From a bacterium (GTDB lineage Bacteria; Hinthialibacterota; Hinthialibacteria; Hinthialibacterales; Hinthialibacteraceae), in assembly GCA_963662285.2 (NCBI GenBank), contig CAXXMV010000006.1:256001-320000 (forward strand): DNA of 64,000 nt, given 5' to 3'. Below, piece by piece: positions 39,269 through 50,500 of the stretch. The notes under the pieces were generated by a model that saw nothing but the letters and a program-made list of their open reading frames with translations, had not been told where the DNA came from and made no database searches. Made by a program: the position numbers and the translations under genes. Position 1 is the stretch's first letter. Each line of letters begins with the position of its first letter.

Positions 39269-42200
39269 ATGCTTATGAACAAAATCAGTATTACACCCAA
39301 GGACTGTCTACGCCAAAATGGCCCTTATCAACCAGTCGACAGAGATGATTACATCAATCACTTAGAACAAAGTAAGCCTCAGTTGCATTCTGGCGATACC
39401 GCGATTTATATCAAAAGAGAAATCCTAATAGACAATGATCCGGCTTATTTTCTTTATATGGATATTGATGGCGAGGGTAATAACGAGCGTGAGAAAATTA
39501 AGAGCGCAATCAGCCAGGCGTGTATGGTCACGAGAATTTTGAAAAAAATAGCTGTATACGGCAATTGTATGTATATCGCAACTGGTGGAACAGGATTCAG
39601 AGTTGTTTCTAATCTGGTCGTCAGCAAAGAATATTATGATGCGTACATTAACTTTCTAGAAGCAGAGATGAGTTTTTTGGATTTCAAACCCATCCGTGAC
39701 ATAAAACAGCCGCATCAGTTATTCGCTTATCGAGGAAACATTAACCAAACCTCAAAGCCGCCAGTAGATCGTCACTCAATGATTGTTAACCCAAGCCGTA
39801 TTCTAGATAATACTTTTACGGTTGACGATTATTTACGGGAGACTAACAGTAATCCTGATCCAGTCGATTATATCTTTTATTTAGAAACATTTTTGCGGTT
39901 TATAAGATTGAATACAACTCACGGAAATCTTCTTAACACACTTAATCAATACCTTTCGCCCTCATCAAAATTCAATTTTCATCTGACCGATCTTACCTTT
40001 ATCCATAAATATCAAAAATCAATGGCGTTAGAAGAGATGTCTGAATTACTCACAGAGAATGATATTAACCACAAGATCGAAAATCGTGGGAGTCGAATGG
40101 CTATATCTTTTAAAAACATTGAATGTCCTGTTTGTGGAAAAAGAACGGTCAACGCATGGGCTTATCCTCCCCATTACACGTTGCGTTGCCATGGCGGCAA
40201 TTGTCCGGCGAATCAGGGTATGCCGTTCCATGAATGGTCAAAAATCGATTTACAGATATCCAATCATGCAGGCCAATGGAGTTCACCGCTTTGGATGAAT
40301 CCTACAGATTACGTCGATATGGCTGTGGCCCAGAATGCTATCACTGACGAGTTAAATAAGGCCGCTGACAGTATCATATCAGCGACGCCGGGATCAGGGA
40401 AAACTTATCTGGCATGTAAATATCTTGCGCAGATATCAGAATCCAAACTGGTACTTTATAGTTGCCGCAACCGAGACCAAAAAGAAGAAGCCTATCAGCA
40501 ATACATAAGTATGAATCCAATCCTGCCTGGTCATCTGCTCAGTTCCCGTGATGAATTATGCTCACAGAAAGACAAACTCAAGAGTGTAGCCAATCGGGGG
40601 TATCCACCGGCTCAATACGTATGCAACTCGTGTCCTGATAGAGATGGTTGCCAGTATTATCAAGAGCGTAGCAACATTAAAGCGGGCGTCTACTTTTGCA
40701 CCCACGCAATGTTGCCGTATCTGAAGAAACAATTCAAAGATGTGGATCTGGTTATATTGGATGAAAATCTCCAGGAAGGTCTCTTGAACAAATATACATG
40801 CCGTATGACAGATATGCAAAAGTTACTTGGAGTGTTATCGAATAAATGTTTAGCGACGGTTACCGCAATTATCGATTTGGCCAATGAGATCGTGAATCAC
40901 TATTTCAAATCAGGCTCCCAGTATACCAAACTTTTGCTGGGGGACGATATCAAGATGAATTCAAGTGAAGTTAAGCCGGATACCATTCTGAATATATTGG
41001 CTAAGTCATTCAATGAGACTGTAGATGAAACCAAAGATCGAATCAAACAGGTCATTAAGCAACTGTCAGCATCAACGCTGTTTCGTAAAAATATCGATTA
41101 CAAAACAAAATACTGGCTTAAAGGATTAGTTGAAGATGGCATTTTTTCATATTTTCAGGTTGGCGAACAGGGGGCTGCATTTTCATATAAGAGCATATCG
41201 ACATTCCCATTTACTGGCGCTACGGTCAAAGTTTTGGACGCAACCGCCGTCACTCAGGTCGTGAACCGATTATTAGCCAGAACAATTGTACCAACTACCA
41301 TCCATGTTAAGTGGGAGGGTGAGCGCATTCATTTCAAAAGAAGCGCCAGCAGAGTCAGTATGCGGGGAATGACGGATAAAGAGTTGAAAGCCTTGCTAAC
41401 AAAAATGATTGCAACAATATCAAGTCAAAAAGTAATGGTGCTGACTTATGATTTCATGAGAACGAAAATAATGGAGATGTGCAGCGCCATTGATCCAAGT
41501 AAAGAGTATGTTGGGTTTTATTACCACGGCCCAAGAGGGATTAACGAGTTCGAATCATGCAGTGCTGTTATGGCAATTGGCTTACCCTATGAGAATCCCA
41601 ATGAGTCGATACAGGATTCTTTGATACTGCTGGATTCAGACGAAGCAGAAGATTTATCATGTTACTGGACTGAAATGCGCATGGCAAGTGAGTTGTATCA
41701 ATCCATTCATCGCATACGTCCAATTCGCACAAATAATCCAGAAATTGTATTGGCGTCAAAGATATGGCCAAAATGTTTAGGTCAACCAACAAACGTTATT
41801 GATCAGTCAAAAAGAATGAATCGGGTAGAATCCTGTGTGCAGCGTATCAAGTCAATCATTGATAAAGTCGGCTTCTTTAACCAGGACATTGGGTTTGCTC
41901 TGAATATGTATGTGAAGACAAAAGTAGCGCAATACAATAAGTTTCGTAGTAAAGTACTTGGATTTGTTGAAGATACAACATGGTGCAAGGTTAATTCCGA
42001 TGCAGTCCATGGTAAGATAATCAGGTCTTCATTCTGTGCTGATGTAAATATAAATGTTCTGTACATGATGGATATAGACAAAAGGTTAATCATCCCTATA
42101 TATAATACTAAAAGGGATGATTACCCCTTTACTAATGTGTTACCAGACTTGAAAAACATTATCTCCAGTCATAACAATGATACCACAATAACCCTGACGT

Positions 42201-43813
42201 CTAATCAATGGTCTTCCCTATTATTAACTGTTCAAACTGATTATCCAACTTTTGATTTATTTGAAGTGAACCTGTCTCATTATGGAAACCAGAAAATTAA
42301 AGGTGTTGGACTCAAACATCGCGTCATCCAGTTTTACACAGTCTTAGCAGCATCAAAAATTATAAAAACGTTCATCCCGGATAAATACAGTCTGCTTCAA
42401 CCGTCCTCATTTGAATTACCATCAATCCCGGACAATTGTTTTCTTGCTTACTACCCGGATAGAAAAAAAGACTCCAATCAATATACATCCAATACCATGC
42501 CCTGCTCTCATACAATGGACGGTGTTCAAGATGATATTAAAACCAAGGAGATCGTATTAACCAATGATTCATGGCCACTGATTGATTCACTTAACCACAA
42601 CGCGCAGCTGCATCAACTACAATTCCATGACATAACATTGATCGAGCGTATCATTCAAAACAAAAAATATCGTCCAAAGATAACCTGGAAATTACTTTGC
42701 GATGTATACAGTCTGCCATTCCATAAGCTGCCATCATCCGACATATATCAACTCTTGCCAATTTATGAGAAGCAATTAGACCAGATTCAAAAACAGGGGT
42801 TACAAAAGATCGTTAACCTGGAAAAACAGGCAACCCGCGTATTAAGCAAGATCGATCATCACGGGTTGACTATTGATGCTGATAAAATCCCTGATGATAC
42901 AAAGCAAACAACCATTGTGGGTATCAAGAAAGCCCTGCAAACAAAGAATGGAGTGACCAAGTACTTTTATCGAAGCAAGGTGATTGGTGCTCATACAGGA
43001 CGCATACAGACTCCTATTTCAAGTTTGCTAAAAAAACCTGAGATTCGTGCAATGATCAAAGCGCCAAAGGGATACAAATTGATTGAAGCCGACTACAAAG
43101 CGTTTGAACCTCGTATTCTCATGGGGTTAGCGAATGATGAAAGAGGCATTGAATTATTCAATAATGGCAAAGATTTATACAGAGAATTGGCAGCAATGAT
43201 GGGAGTTGCAACGGATCAATTGAGTTTGTATCGATCTGTATTCAAAACGGTGGTTAATGCCATTCATAACGGAGGCAACGAATATACTATCCGTAATATT
43301 CTCAGAGCAAACTATCCTGACCTTGAAGCGCAAGCCCAACAAATTTACGACGTGTATTTTCAAATGTTCGCCAATATCCGACCTTGGTTTATTTCAACGA
43401 TTTCTCAAGCAAGGTCATCTTGTGAGATTCGTACTCACATGGGGCGACGGTTACTTGTTGATGAAGCAACCAGAGATGGAACGATTGTTAACTTCCCGAT
43501 TCAAGGTAATGCTTCAGATATTTTCAAATTGGCGCTGATTGAACTGGATAAGCAACTTGATGAATCGAATGCCCGTATAATCCACACTCTGCATGATGCA
43601 ATTCTGTTGGAAGTGAGATCTGATCTGGTATATGAAACAGCTCGCATAGTCCGTACTACCATGAACAATGCTTTTGCAGAGATAATTTCCAATATTAAGT
43701 CTGATGTTGAAATTATATGTGGTGATGACTGGGGGCATTGTACAACGCTGACAACTCCATCCTTAACAGACCATCTTCTTCCTTATGTAACTCAACTCAA
43801 GATTAGTGCGTAA
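39269..43813 (+). CDS. Multidomain replicase: AEP-like primase + Zn finger + Fe-S SF2 helicase + family A polymerase
   Basis: YMDIDG / TGGTGFRV (AEP-like); CPVC..CHGGNC; TPGSGKT, C..CNSCP....C.Y, ILDE, QSIHRIR; TGRI, ADYKAFEPR, NFPIQGNASD, LHDAIL; CAGGAG RBS. Confidence 0.85.
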   Translation: MLMNKISITPKDCLRQNGPYQPVDRDDYINHLEQSKPQLHSGDTAIYIKREILIDNDPAYFLYMDIDGEGNNEREKIKSAISQACMVTRILKKIAVYGNCMYIATGGTGFRVVSNLVVSKEYYDAYINFLEAEMSFLDFKPIRDIKQPHQLFAYRGNINQTSKPPVDRHSMIVNPSRILDNTFTVDDYLRETNSNPDPVDYIFYLETFLRFIRLNTTHGNLLNTLNQYLSPSSKFNFHLTDLTFIHKYQKSMALEEMSELLTENDINHKIENRGSRMAISFKNIECPVCGKRTVNAWAYPPHYTLRCHGGNCPANQGMPFHEWSKIDLQISNHAGQWSSPLWMNPTDYVDMAVAQNAITDELNKAADSIISATPGSGKTYLACKYLAQISESKLVLYSCRNRDQKEEAYQQYISMNPILPGHLLSSRDELCSQKDKLKSVANRGYPPAQYVCNSCPDRDGCQYYQERSNIKAGVYFCTHAMLPYLKKQFKDVDLVILDENLQEGLLNKYTCRMTDMQKLLGVLSNKCLATVTAIIDLANEIVNHYFKSGSQYTKLLLGDDIKMNSSEVKPDTILNILAKSFNETVDETKDRIKQVIKQLSASTLFRKNIDYKTKYWLKGLVEDGIFSYFQVGEQGAAFSYKSISTFPFTGATVKVLDATAVTQVVNRLLARTIVPTTIHVKWEGERIHFKRSASRVSMRGMTDKELKALLTKMIATISSQKVMVLTYDFMRTKIMEMCSAIDPSKEYVGFYYHGPRGINEFESCSAVMAIGLPYENPNESIQDSLILLDSDEAEDLSCYWTEMRMASELYQSIHRIRPIRTNNPEIVLASKIWPKCLGQPTNVIDQSKRMNRVESCVQRIKSIIDKVGFFNQDIGFALNMYVKTKVAQYNKFRSKVLGFVEDTTWCKVNSDAVHGKIIRSSFCADVNINVLYMMDIDKRLIIPIYNTKRDDYPFTNVLPDLKNIISSHNNDTTITLTSNQWSSLLLTVQTDYPTFDLFEVNLSHYGNQKIKGVGLKHRVIQFYTVLAASKIIKTFIPDKYSLLQPSSFELPSIPDNCFLAYYPDRKKDSNQYTSNTMPCSHTMDGVQDDIKTKEIVLTNDSWPLIDSLNHNAQLHQLQFHDITLIERIIQNKKYRPKITWKLLCDVYSLPFHKLPSSDIYQLLPIYEKQLDQIQKQGLQKIVNLEKQATRVLSKIDHHGLTIDADKIPDDTKQTTIVGIKKALQTKNGVTKYFYRSKVIGAHTGRIQTPISSLLKKPEIRAMIKAPKGYKLIEADYKAFEPRILMGLANDERGIELFNNGKDLYRELAAMMGVATDQLSLYRSVFKTVVNAIHNGGNEYTIRNILRANYPDLEAQAQQIYDVYFQMFANIRPWFISTISQARSSCEIRTHMGRRLLVDEATRDGTIVNFPIQGNASDIFKLALIELDKQLDESNARIIHTLHDAILLEVRSDLVYETARIVRTTMNNAFAEIISNIKSDVEIICGDDWGHCTTLTTPSLTDHLLPYVTQLKISA

Positions 43814-44310
43814 TAAATTTCTTGACGATACCTCATATTCTGTATTTGCCGCCATGCATAATGTGATCGTCTCCAGCCAGAACGTTCAATACAGGTGATT
43901 TATAGACGGTTTACGGGTGCTTGCGGGAGATGCTCTATAATACCAAATTATTAGCAACATCGCCATGCCGGTTGATTTTTGAGTCTCTGATACATGGGCT
44001 GAATAATCATCGTTATCGCCAACCAACGCCGCCTCTCCACCCCTGACATCCAACCGCAATATCTCATTCTCACCTGTCAATTGATCTGTTTGTTTCTGGT
44101 TAAAGACGGATTTTATTCTGGAATCTAAACTGGTTTCTTTGTCGTAATTTTTTTTAAGGACAAATTAAAAAACAAACAACACATTACGAATTGATACTCA
44201 TTCAGCAGCCAAACTGACCATACGGTTGGTATGGAATATCAAACCATTATTTTTTTTGAGGACAAATAAGAAATACTTAATAATGCATCAATAAAAGGAG
44301 GTGATTTTAA

Positions 44311-44472
44311 TTGAAACCAAAGATTCATACAGTAGGAATCACTTTTTATACATCACAAAAGCTATATGACATGGTCAAAGAATACTCAGATTTGAAACTG
44401 ATCAGTAATTCTGAGTTAATTCGTATTGCTATCGAGTATTACTTTTCAGCGATAGACAAAAATAATAAGTAA
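44311..44472 (+). CDS. Small ribbon-helix-helix (CopG/Arc-like) regulator, 53 aa, absent from the ORF track
   Basis: AAAGGAGGTG RBS then TTG; MKPKIHTVGITFYTSQKLYDMVKEYSDLKLISNSELIRIAIEYYF. Confidence 0.7.
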   Translation: MKPKIHTVGITFYTSQKLYDMVKEYSDLKLISNSELIRIAIEYYFSAIDKNNK

Positions 44473-44486
44473 AGAGGAGATACAAA

Positions 44487-45185
44487 ATGGAAGCAAGCAG
44501 TTTCGAACAAAAAATGGGATTGATGGATGTTAACGAAGGCGCTGAATATTCAGAGGAAGAATTATTTAGTAATCAAATTGAGGATAATAAAATGATGAAT
44601 ACAAAAATCACAGAAGTATTAGAAACGAAGGATAACAATGGCGCCAGCGCAGTTACTGATTTTCGCTATGACAAAGATCATATAGCGGCAGTGCTTGAAT
44701 ACTGCGCCAAAGGCCTTCGTGAAGGTGGAATCGTCATAAATGATAGTAAGTCTGCTTCCCAAAAGATAGTTCAGGACGCATCGGTTCAATCGAAAGCGCT
44801 CGTTAATAACAGTGGGATAGTACAAAACACTAATATCGAAGCAGCGGCAAAAAGGCAACCATATCGATTGAAAGCAGAAATTTTTGATGTTCAAGTTAAA
44901 CTGGATACAAAATCCGGGAAAGAATATGTTCAGTGGGGTTTGATACCTATTGATCTTGATGCTCCTCAGGATAAATATTGGCAAATAACAAGGGTTGATT
45001 GCAAAGATAACAACAGTTATCTGAAAGATAATTTATCCATCTGCGGTTATCCTAATGCAACAGTGGATGATTTGAAAAAACCAGATTTCGTACAGCAATT
45101 GATTGGAATTCAGGTTTGTATAAAGGTCAAACCAAGTATTGGAGATTATTGGAATACATGCATCGAAAGGAGATTCTATAAATAA
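44487..45185 (+). CDS. DUF669-like phage protein (putative OB-fold ssDNA-binding)
   Basis: AEIFDVQVKLDTKSGKEYVQWGL...YLKDNLSICG...DDL......LIGIQVCIKVK; paralog of the next gene. Confidence 0.55.
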   Translation: MEASSFEQKMGLMDVNEGAEYSEEELFSNQIEDNKMMNTKITEVLETKDNNGASAVTDFRYDKDHIAAVLEYCAKGLREGGIVINDSKSASQKIVQDASVQSKALVNNSGIVQNTNIEAAAKRQPYRLKAEIFDVQVKLDTKSGKEYVQWGLIPIDLDAPQDKYWQITRVDCKDNNSYLKDNLSICGYPNATVDDLKKPDFVQQLIGIQVCIKVKPSIGDYWNTCIERRFYK

Positions 45186-45357
45186 TGCTTGAAGATCCGA
45201 GAGAGAAAATCTTTCGATACAAGACTCAAGCGCAAATAGCCAGCATTACCCAGAACCGGGATAAGTTAGTAAAAGTACGCACCACTTTGAAGACGAAGAT
45301 AAATAATATTTTTGTCAACTCATGGTGGTGCGTATACTTATTATAGGAGATTAACAA

Positions 45358-45891
45358 ATGAATAAAGAATCAGATAGTACTTTACTTAATCTAAGCGATA
45401 GTACATCAAATGCGAATGATCAAATTATTTTCTACGAAAGCCATTGTTCATATAATAACAATGATAATTCAATTGAAAGGAGTGACTTGATAACTTATCG
45501 AGAAGAATTAGCGAATGTTGATGATTTCTATCAAAAATTGAAGGAAAGAATGACAATTTCTTCTGTTGTAATCCCAAATGGAAAATATACCGTATCGGTT
45601 GTTGCCATGAAACTCAAAAAAACTACTGAGGGATATTTACAATTAGTGTGGACGCTTAAGATCATCGGAAAATTGGAAGAATTAGTGATAGAGCATAAAA
45701 ACAATATAGTTGTTACTTATAAACCCTTAAAACGGCTGATAAAGGATCTCGCAATATTTGGTGTTTCAATAAATAATATTACTGAATTGAATGATCCGAA
45801 ATTCTATAAACAATTTATTGGAAGAAAACTAGAAATAAAAACCAAACAAAAAATTGTAAGTTACAGCACTAATTTCTTGAAAATTCTGTAA
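45358..45891 (+). CDS. DUF669-like phage protein (putative OB-fold ssDNA-binding)
   Basis: IPNGKYTVSV..MKLKKTTEGYLQLVWTLKII...LKRLIKDLAIFG....EL......FIGRKLEIK. Confidence 0.6.
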   Translation: MNKESDSTLLNLSDSTSNANDQIIFYESHCSYNNNDNSIERSDLITYREELANVDDFYQKLKERMTISSVVIPNGKYTVSVVAMKLKKTTEGYLQLVWTLKIIGKLEELVIEHKNNIVVTYKPLKRLIKDLAIFGVSINNITELNDPKFYKQFIGRKLEIKTKQKIVSYSTNFLKIL

Positions 45892-46830
45892 TAATTGACA
45901 ACAAAAATTCTGTGGATCGAGGCATCGAAAGGAGAATAATGTAAGACGATGCGCAAAGTTCAAATTGAAGAAGGCCAGAGTCGTTTTTATTGAAATAGTT
46001 CTGGTTTTTTTCAACTTTGATATTTCAAATATATTCTCATGCATTTATTCTGTTTGCAGCCAATGGAAAACCCACTTGTTGACCTGTGGGTTTATGCGAC
46101 AATAGTATTGAACAGCATCAGGAACCTTACTACGGGCTTGTATCGTTGCACAGAGGGCGGTGTGGATTCGTTCGCCACAGGCATTACGACAGCGTAAAAA
46201 AAATGGAATTTCAACTTCATGATCCTCTTGTCGGCCAAAAGTGTTTCGTAGTCTTCAGATAAGAGTCACTCCTGCCAATCGTGACGACAAGATAAAATCT
46301 TTTAAAAAGAGAGGATCGCGGCTTGAATCACTTTTATAACGGCTCCTAAGATGACTATTGATTGGGGGAGTAAGATATGGTATAAAGTTAATATCGTCAA
46401 GTTCTTATAGGTGGTCGGATGACATTTGACAGATACAGATGAATTCACCTTGTGTATTCATAAACAGCATCTGTCTATTTTTTCAATATTGTTAATCCAT
46501 TTCAATTGCAATTCATCATAATCTATGTTACCTTTATGTTTGAAAGACATGATAAGTCTCTCTAGATAAATCCTTTAGAGTAATTCTGTCAAATAAAAAG
46601 ATTGTTGAAATGGAATTTCATGGAGATGGTGAATACAACCAATACATCAAGAATAAATGGTCAATTGCATACCTGCCCAATTCTAATAGATGAGTTCAAT
46701 TATAGGTTCAAAGTATCCTAAACTAATAGAAATTTGGTCACACATTTATTGCTCAGTTAAAGGCAGAGGGATTAATGGATTCCTATCTTCTGGAATTACT
46801 CATAAGTCCGTCAAGTCGCAAGGAGGGAAG

Positions 46831-47490
46831 ATGTTATTTAGATTAAACAAACGAAGCAAATGCTCTATGAAAACTCTAGAAGCATTGTTCCGTGACTTGC
46901 GCAACCAGAGTGTTAAAGGTCTTCTGTCACAACAAACCGATATGCTTCGAACCTATATGAAGCATGTTGATGCTACAGACGTAGCAATGCAGATGCCAAC
47001 GGGAAGTGGAAAAACCTTAGTCGGGCTTCTTATTGCCGATAACAACACTGACGAAAATGCTGGTCCAGATCCATGGTGGGTTCTTGGAGAAGATAAGAGA
47101 ATCGTATTTGAAGATTATACTGACTGTAAAGAAGATGCAGATATCTCTGCAAGAAAAGTTCGACAAGCAACTGGACATCCTACTTTGTTAAATCAACAAG
47201 AGGCATATCAAATTATCTTATTCCATCCAATCATATTGTCACCTGCTCGAAGTCTAAGTAAAAGTGCTAGACCACTTTCGTCAGAAATATATTACCGGGA
47301 GAAAGACGATTTTACAAATGGGCACAGGATGCAATTGCAGTTGTTCGAGAACTCTGAAGAACATTCCCTGGTCAAGGTGATGTGGAATGACGCTCAGTAG
47401 CTAAAGAATCATATACTCAGAACAAGATTGATCCGGAGGGCATATTAGCAAAAGCCATACAAACAGAACTCTCCTCTCTGCTGCCTGATT
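46831..47490 (+). pseudogene. Internally deleted, frameshifted DEAD/DEAH helicase remnant
   Basis: Walker A MPTGSGKTLVGLLIA joined directly to a C-terminal PDPWW..FED segment with no Walker B; tail continues in another frame with stops (WAQDAIAVVREL*RTFPGQGDVE*R). Confidence 0.7.
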
Positions 47491-47537
47491 AAGAACACAA
47501 GCAGGAGTGTTATTCAGAATTTGATACGGAGAAAAAC

Positions 47538-50500
47538 GTGATGGACGTATTTGAATTGCACAAAGGCTTAATTGCTGATTACGCTGCATATACTAAGAGT
47601 TTTATTCGAATTGCAGATAAACGAATCAGTGATTCAGTAGACCAGGAAATACGTGGAGGCTTGTTATGGCCTGAACCACTTCTTCAATTAAATCCTTCGT
47701 TTGAACCAGGGGCAAATATTGATGACTTGATTAAGGAGGAAATCCTCCATGAAGACTGCGGGAAGATTTTCCGAATTAAAAAAGACGAAAATGATTTCGG
47801 AATTCCTTTGAGGCTTCATCGTCACCAAGATACGGCAATTCGAATCGCTTCAAGAGATGAACCATACGTTTTAACGACAGGAACGGGATCGGGGAAAAGC
47901 CTGTCTTATATAATTCCTGCAGTTGATTACATTCTTAAAACCGGATCAGGAAAAGGAATCATAGCAATCGTAGTCTATCCTATGAATGCACTGGCTAACA
48001 GTCAGCGCGAAGAACTCGATAAGTTTTTGAGTCGTGGTTTCGATGCTGATTCTATTCCAGTGACTTATGCGCGATATACAGGTCAAGAAGGAGAGCAGGA
48101 ACGCGAACGTATTCTTCAGCATCCACCAGACATCCTACTCACCAACTATGTGATGCTAGAACTCATCCTCACGCGCATTGAAGAACGAAAACTTGTAGAA
48201 CACGCTGGGAATGTTCGATTTCTTGTTTTTGATGAGTTGCATACCTATCGAGGGCGTCAGGGCGCTGACGTTGCTATGTTAATCAGACGTTGCCGAGAAT
48301 CATTTCAGAGTAAATCAATGCATTGTGTTGGAACCTCAGCGACAATGGCATCTACTGGTTCATCATTAGAACAAGCCCAGATTGTCGCAGAGATTTCTTC
48401 AAAAATTTTCGGTGAATTAGTACCTGTACAAAATGTAATCGGCGAAACATTAAGACGAACGACACAGGAATTCAATTTTTCTGATGAGTCCATAATATCT
48501 TCACTTCGTAATACAATGTTACTGCAAACAATACCAACGACACAATATGAGGATTTTCAAAATCTTCCGTTAGCGTCATGGATCGAAGAAACATTTGGTC
48601 TATGTCGAGAGCAAGATACAAATAAACTAGTTCGACAAACTCCTCAGCCTGTCAGAGGAGAAGAAGGGGCATCATCCCACTTAGCGGAACTTACGGGGAC
48701 AGAGACAACGTTATGTGAAAAAGCGATTCAGAAATATCTAGACGCAGGGAGCCATTGTCGCCATCCTGAAACAGATTTACCAGTCTTTGCTTTCCGCCTT
48801 CACCAATTTATTAGTCGTGGAGATACGGTCTGGGCATCACTGGAGCCTGAAGACAACCGTATTATTACCTTAAAAGCACAACAATATGTTCCAGGTGATC
48901 GTAATAAAATTCTTCTTCCATTGGTATTCTGCAGACACTGTGGTCAACCATACTATCGAGTTGATCGTCCTGCCAGGGGACAAGAAGGACCAATTATTCC
49001 CCGCGAAGAATATGCAATAAGTGTTTCAGATGATCTTGAATCTGGTTATCTCTACATCTCAGATGATCACCCATGGACCGGTGAAGCCGATGATGTACTA
49101 GACCGAATCCCTGAAGAATGGATTGAGATTCATCGTGGCGAGAGACGAATCAAGAGAAATCAACCAGTCCCGGAAGTAATGAGAATTGGAACAAATGGTG
49201 AAGAAGACGCACATGGATTAGTCACAGCTTTTGTTAAAGCACCTTTTCGCTTTTGTCTGAATCCGGCTTGTCGTGTAACTTATAACGCACGTCAAAGATC
49301 CGATGTAACTAAACTTGCAACAATAGGTGTTGATGGCAGGAGCACAGCAACAACGATTCTTGCCTTATCAACAATACTTAAATTGCGCATAGATGAATCT
49401 TTAGAGCCTACAGCAAGAAAACTACTAAGTTTTACAGATAATCGCCAAGATGCCTCTCTGCAAGCAGGCCATTTCAACGATTTTGTTGAAGTTGGGCTGA
49501 TTCGTTCCGCACTTTATCGAGCGATGAGTAAGATGGGGCCAAAAGGGCTCAAATATGACGAATTAGTACAGCATGTTGAACAAGCAATTAATCTCCCTAC
49601 TTATCTCTATGCAAATGATTCCGAACTACGAGGACCAGCATTGGAAGAAACACGAAGAGCATTACGCTCAGTTCTTTCATACTATGTTTACAGAGACCTT
49701 CAACGAGGTTGGCGAGTTACATCACCGAACTTAGAGCAATGTGGCCTTCTCGAATTTGAATATCTTGGAATTGATGATCTAGTAAACGATCAACAGTATT
49801 GGCAAGAAAAAGAAGCGCACCCAATGCTTGTTGCCGCGACTTCTGAACAGCGAAAAAATATTATTCGAATATTACTTGATCATATACGTAGAAGTCTTGT
49901 AGTCAAAGAAGATGCGTTGAACTCAAATTATCAAGAACGGATATGCGAACAAAGCAGACAACGTTTATGTGAACCTTGGGTCATTGAGGATTCGCGTGAC
50001 ATGGTTCAATCTGGTGTTGCTTGGCCACGTGGACGAATTGATCGAGAACGCTCAGAGGATATTTGTATATCTTCTCGAAGCAATTTTGGATTACTGCTTC
50101 GAAAAAGAGGCATCTTACCCGATTTAGGTGATCCTTTGTCACTTGAAACTATAGGGGAAATTATTCCCGATTTATTCCGCTGTTTGAAACCATGGGGTTT
50201 AGTTGAAGAAGTTCGTTCAGCTCCAGATAAAAGTGATGTCCCAGGTTATCAATTACCTGCTTCTATTATGATATGGAAACCTGGAGATGGTACAAATCCA
50301 ATGGTTGATCCTCTCCGAATAATTCAGCAGAGTGAAGTTGAAACAGAGGGAAATAAGTACTTTGTCGAATTTTACAAAACATTTGCGGATATTGGGGCAG
50401 GGCTTGAAGGTCGTGAGCATACGGCACAAGTGCAATCTGATGCACGGTTAGATAGAGAAGAACGTTTCAGGAAGGCAGAACTGCCTATTCTTTTCTGTTC

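Noticed and set aside
45276-45334. 10-bp inverted repeat TACGCACCAC/GTGGTGCGTA upstream of 45358
   Set aside because: Single short stem with a long loop; function cannot be supported
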